Source: Neocallimastix sp. 'constans'
Taxonomy: Eukaryota
Length of the DNA: 64,000 nt
Assembly: GCA_050613775.1 (NCBI GenBank)
Contig: JBODTK010000014.1
Coordinates: 868,001-932,000 of the forward strand
Direction of reading: 5' to 3'
Under the pieces are notes generated by a model. That model ran no database searches and was not told where the DNA came from. It saw only the letters and a program-made list of their open reading frames with translations. Position 1 is the stretch's first letter; each line of letters begins with the position of its first letter. Positions 63,873 through 64,000 of this stretch are shown here, piece by piece. The position numbers were made by a program, and so were the translations under genes.

Positions 63873-64000
63873 TAAAAATTAAAATATAAATAATAAATGA
63901 CAATATTAATAATAGTAATAAATAATAATAAACAATCAAAAATTAAAATAAAAAAAAAAAAAAAATTAACATATAAATAAAATATATAAATAATACTTTA

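Overview
Extremely AT-rich, intron-rich eukaryotic DNA. Fungal-type genes (RTC4 domain, HAL/NPR kinase) plus this composition suggest an anaerobic gut fungus (Neocallimastigomycota); that assignment is inference. Seven protein genes were reconstructed by hand with GT-AG junctions and consistent phases: an intronless GT10 fucosyltransferase, a 2363-aa RTC4-domain protein with large tandem repeats, a 3-exon HAL/NPR kinase, a 3-exon disordered protein with an N-terminal PP1-docking motif, a 13-15-exon NEK2/NimA kinase missing from the ORF track, a Gbp2/Hrb1-like RRM protein and a 14-exon RPN1. There is also a tRNA-Thr(UGU), a decayed LINE 3' fragment beside it, and several satellites. The most notable feature is an ORF-free, GC-elevated locus of about 3.2 kb (~23.6-26.8 kb). 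Its + strand shows extensive nested long-range pairing with G.U wobbles, consistent with a large unannotated structured RNA. It contains a C-rich 1.5-repeat segment that could be a telomerase template; that identity is a hypothesis only. All folding was done by eye.
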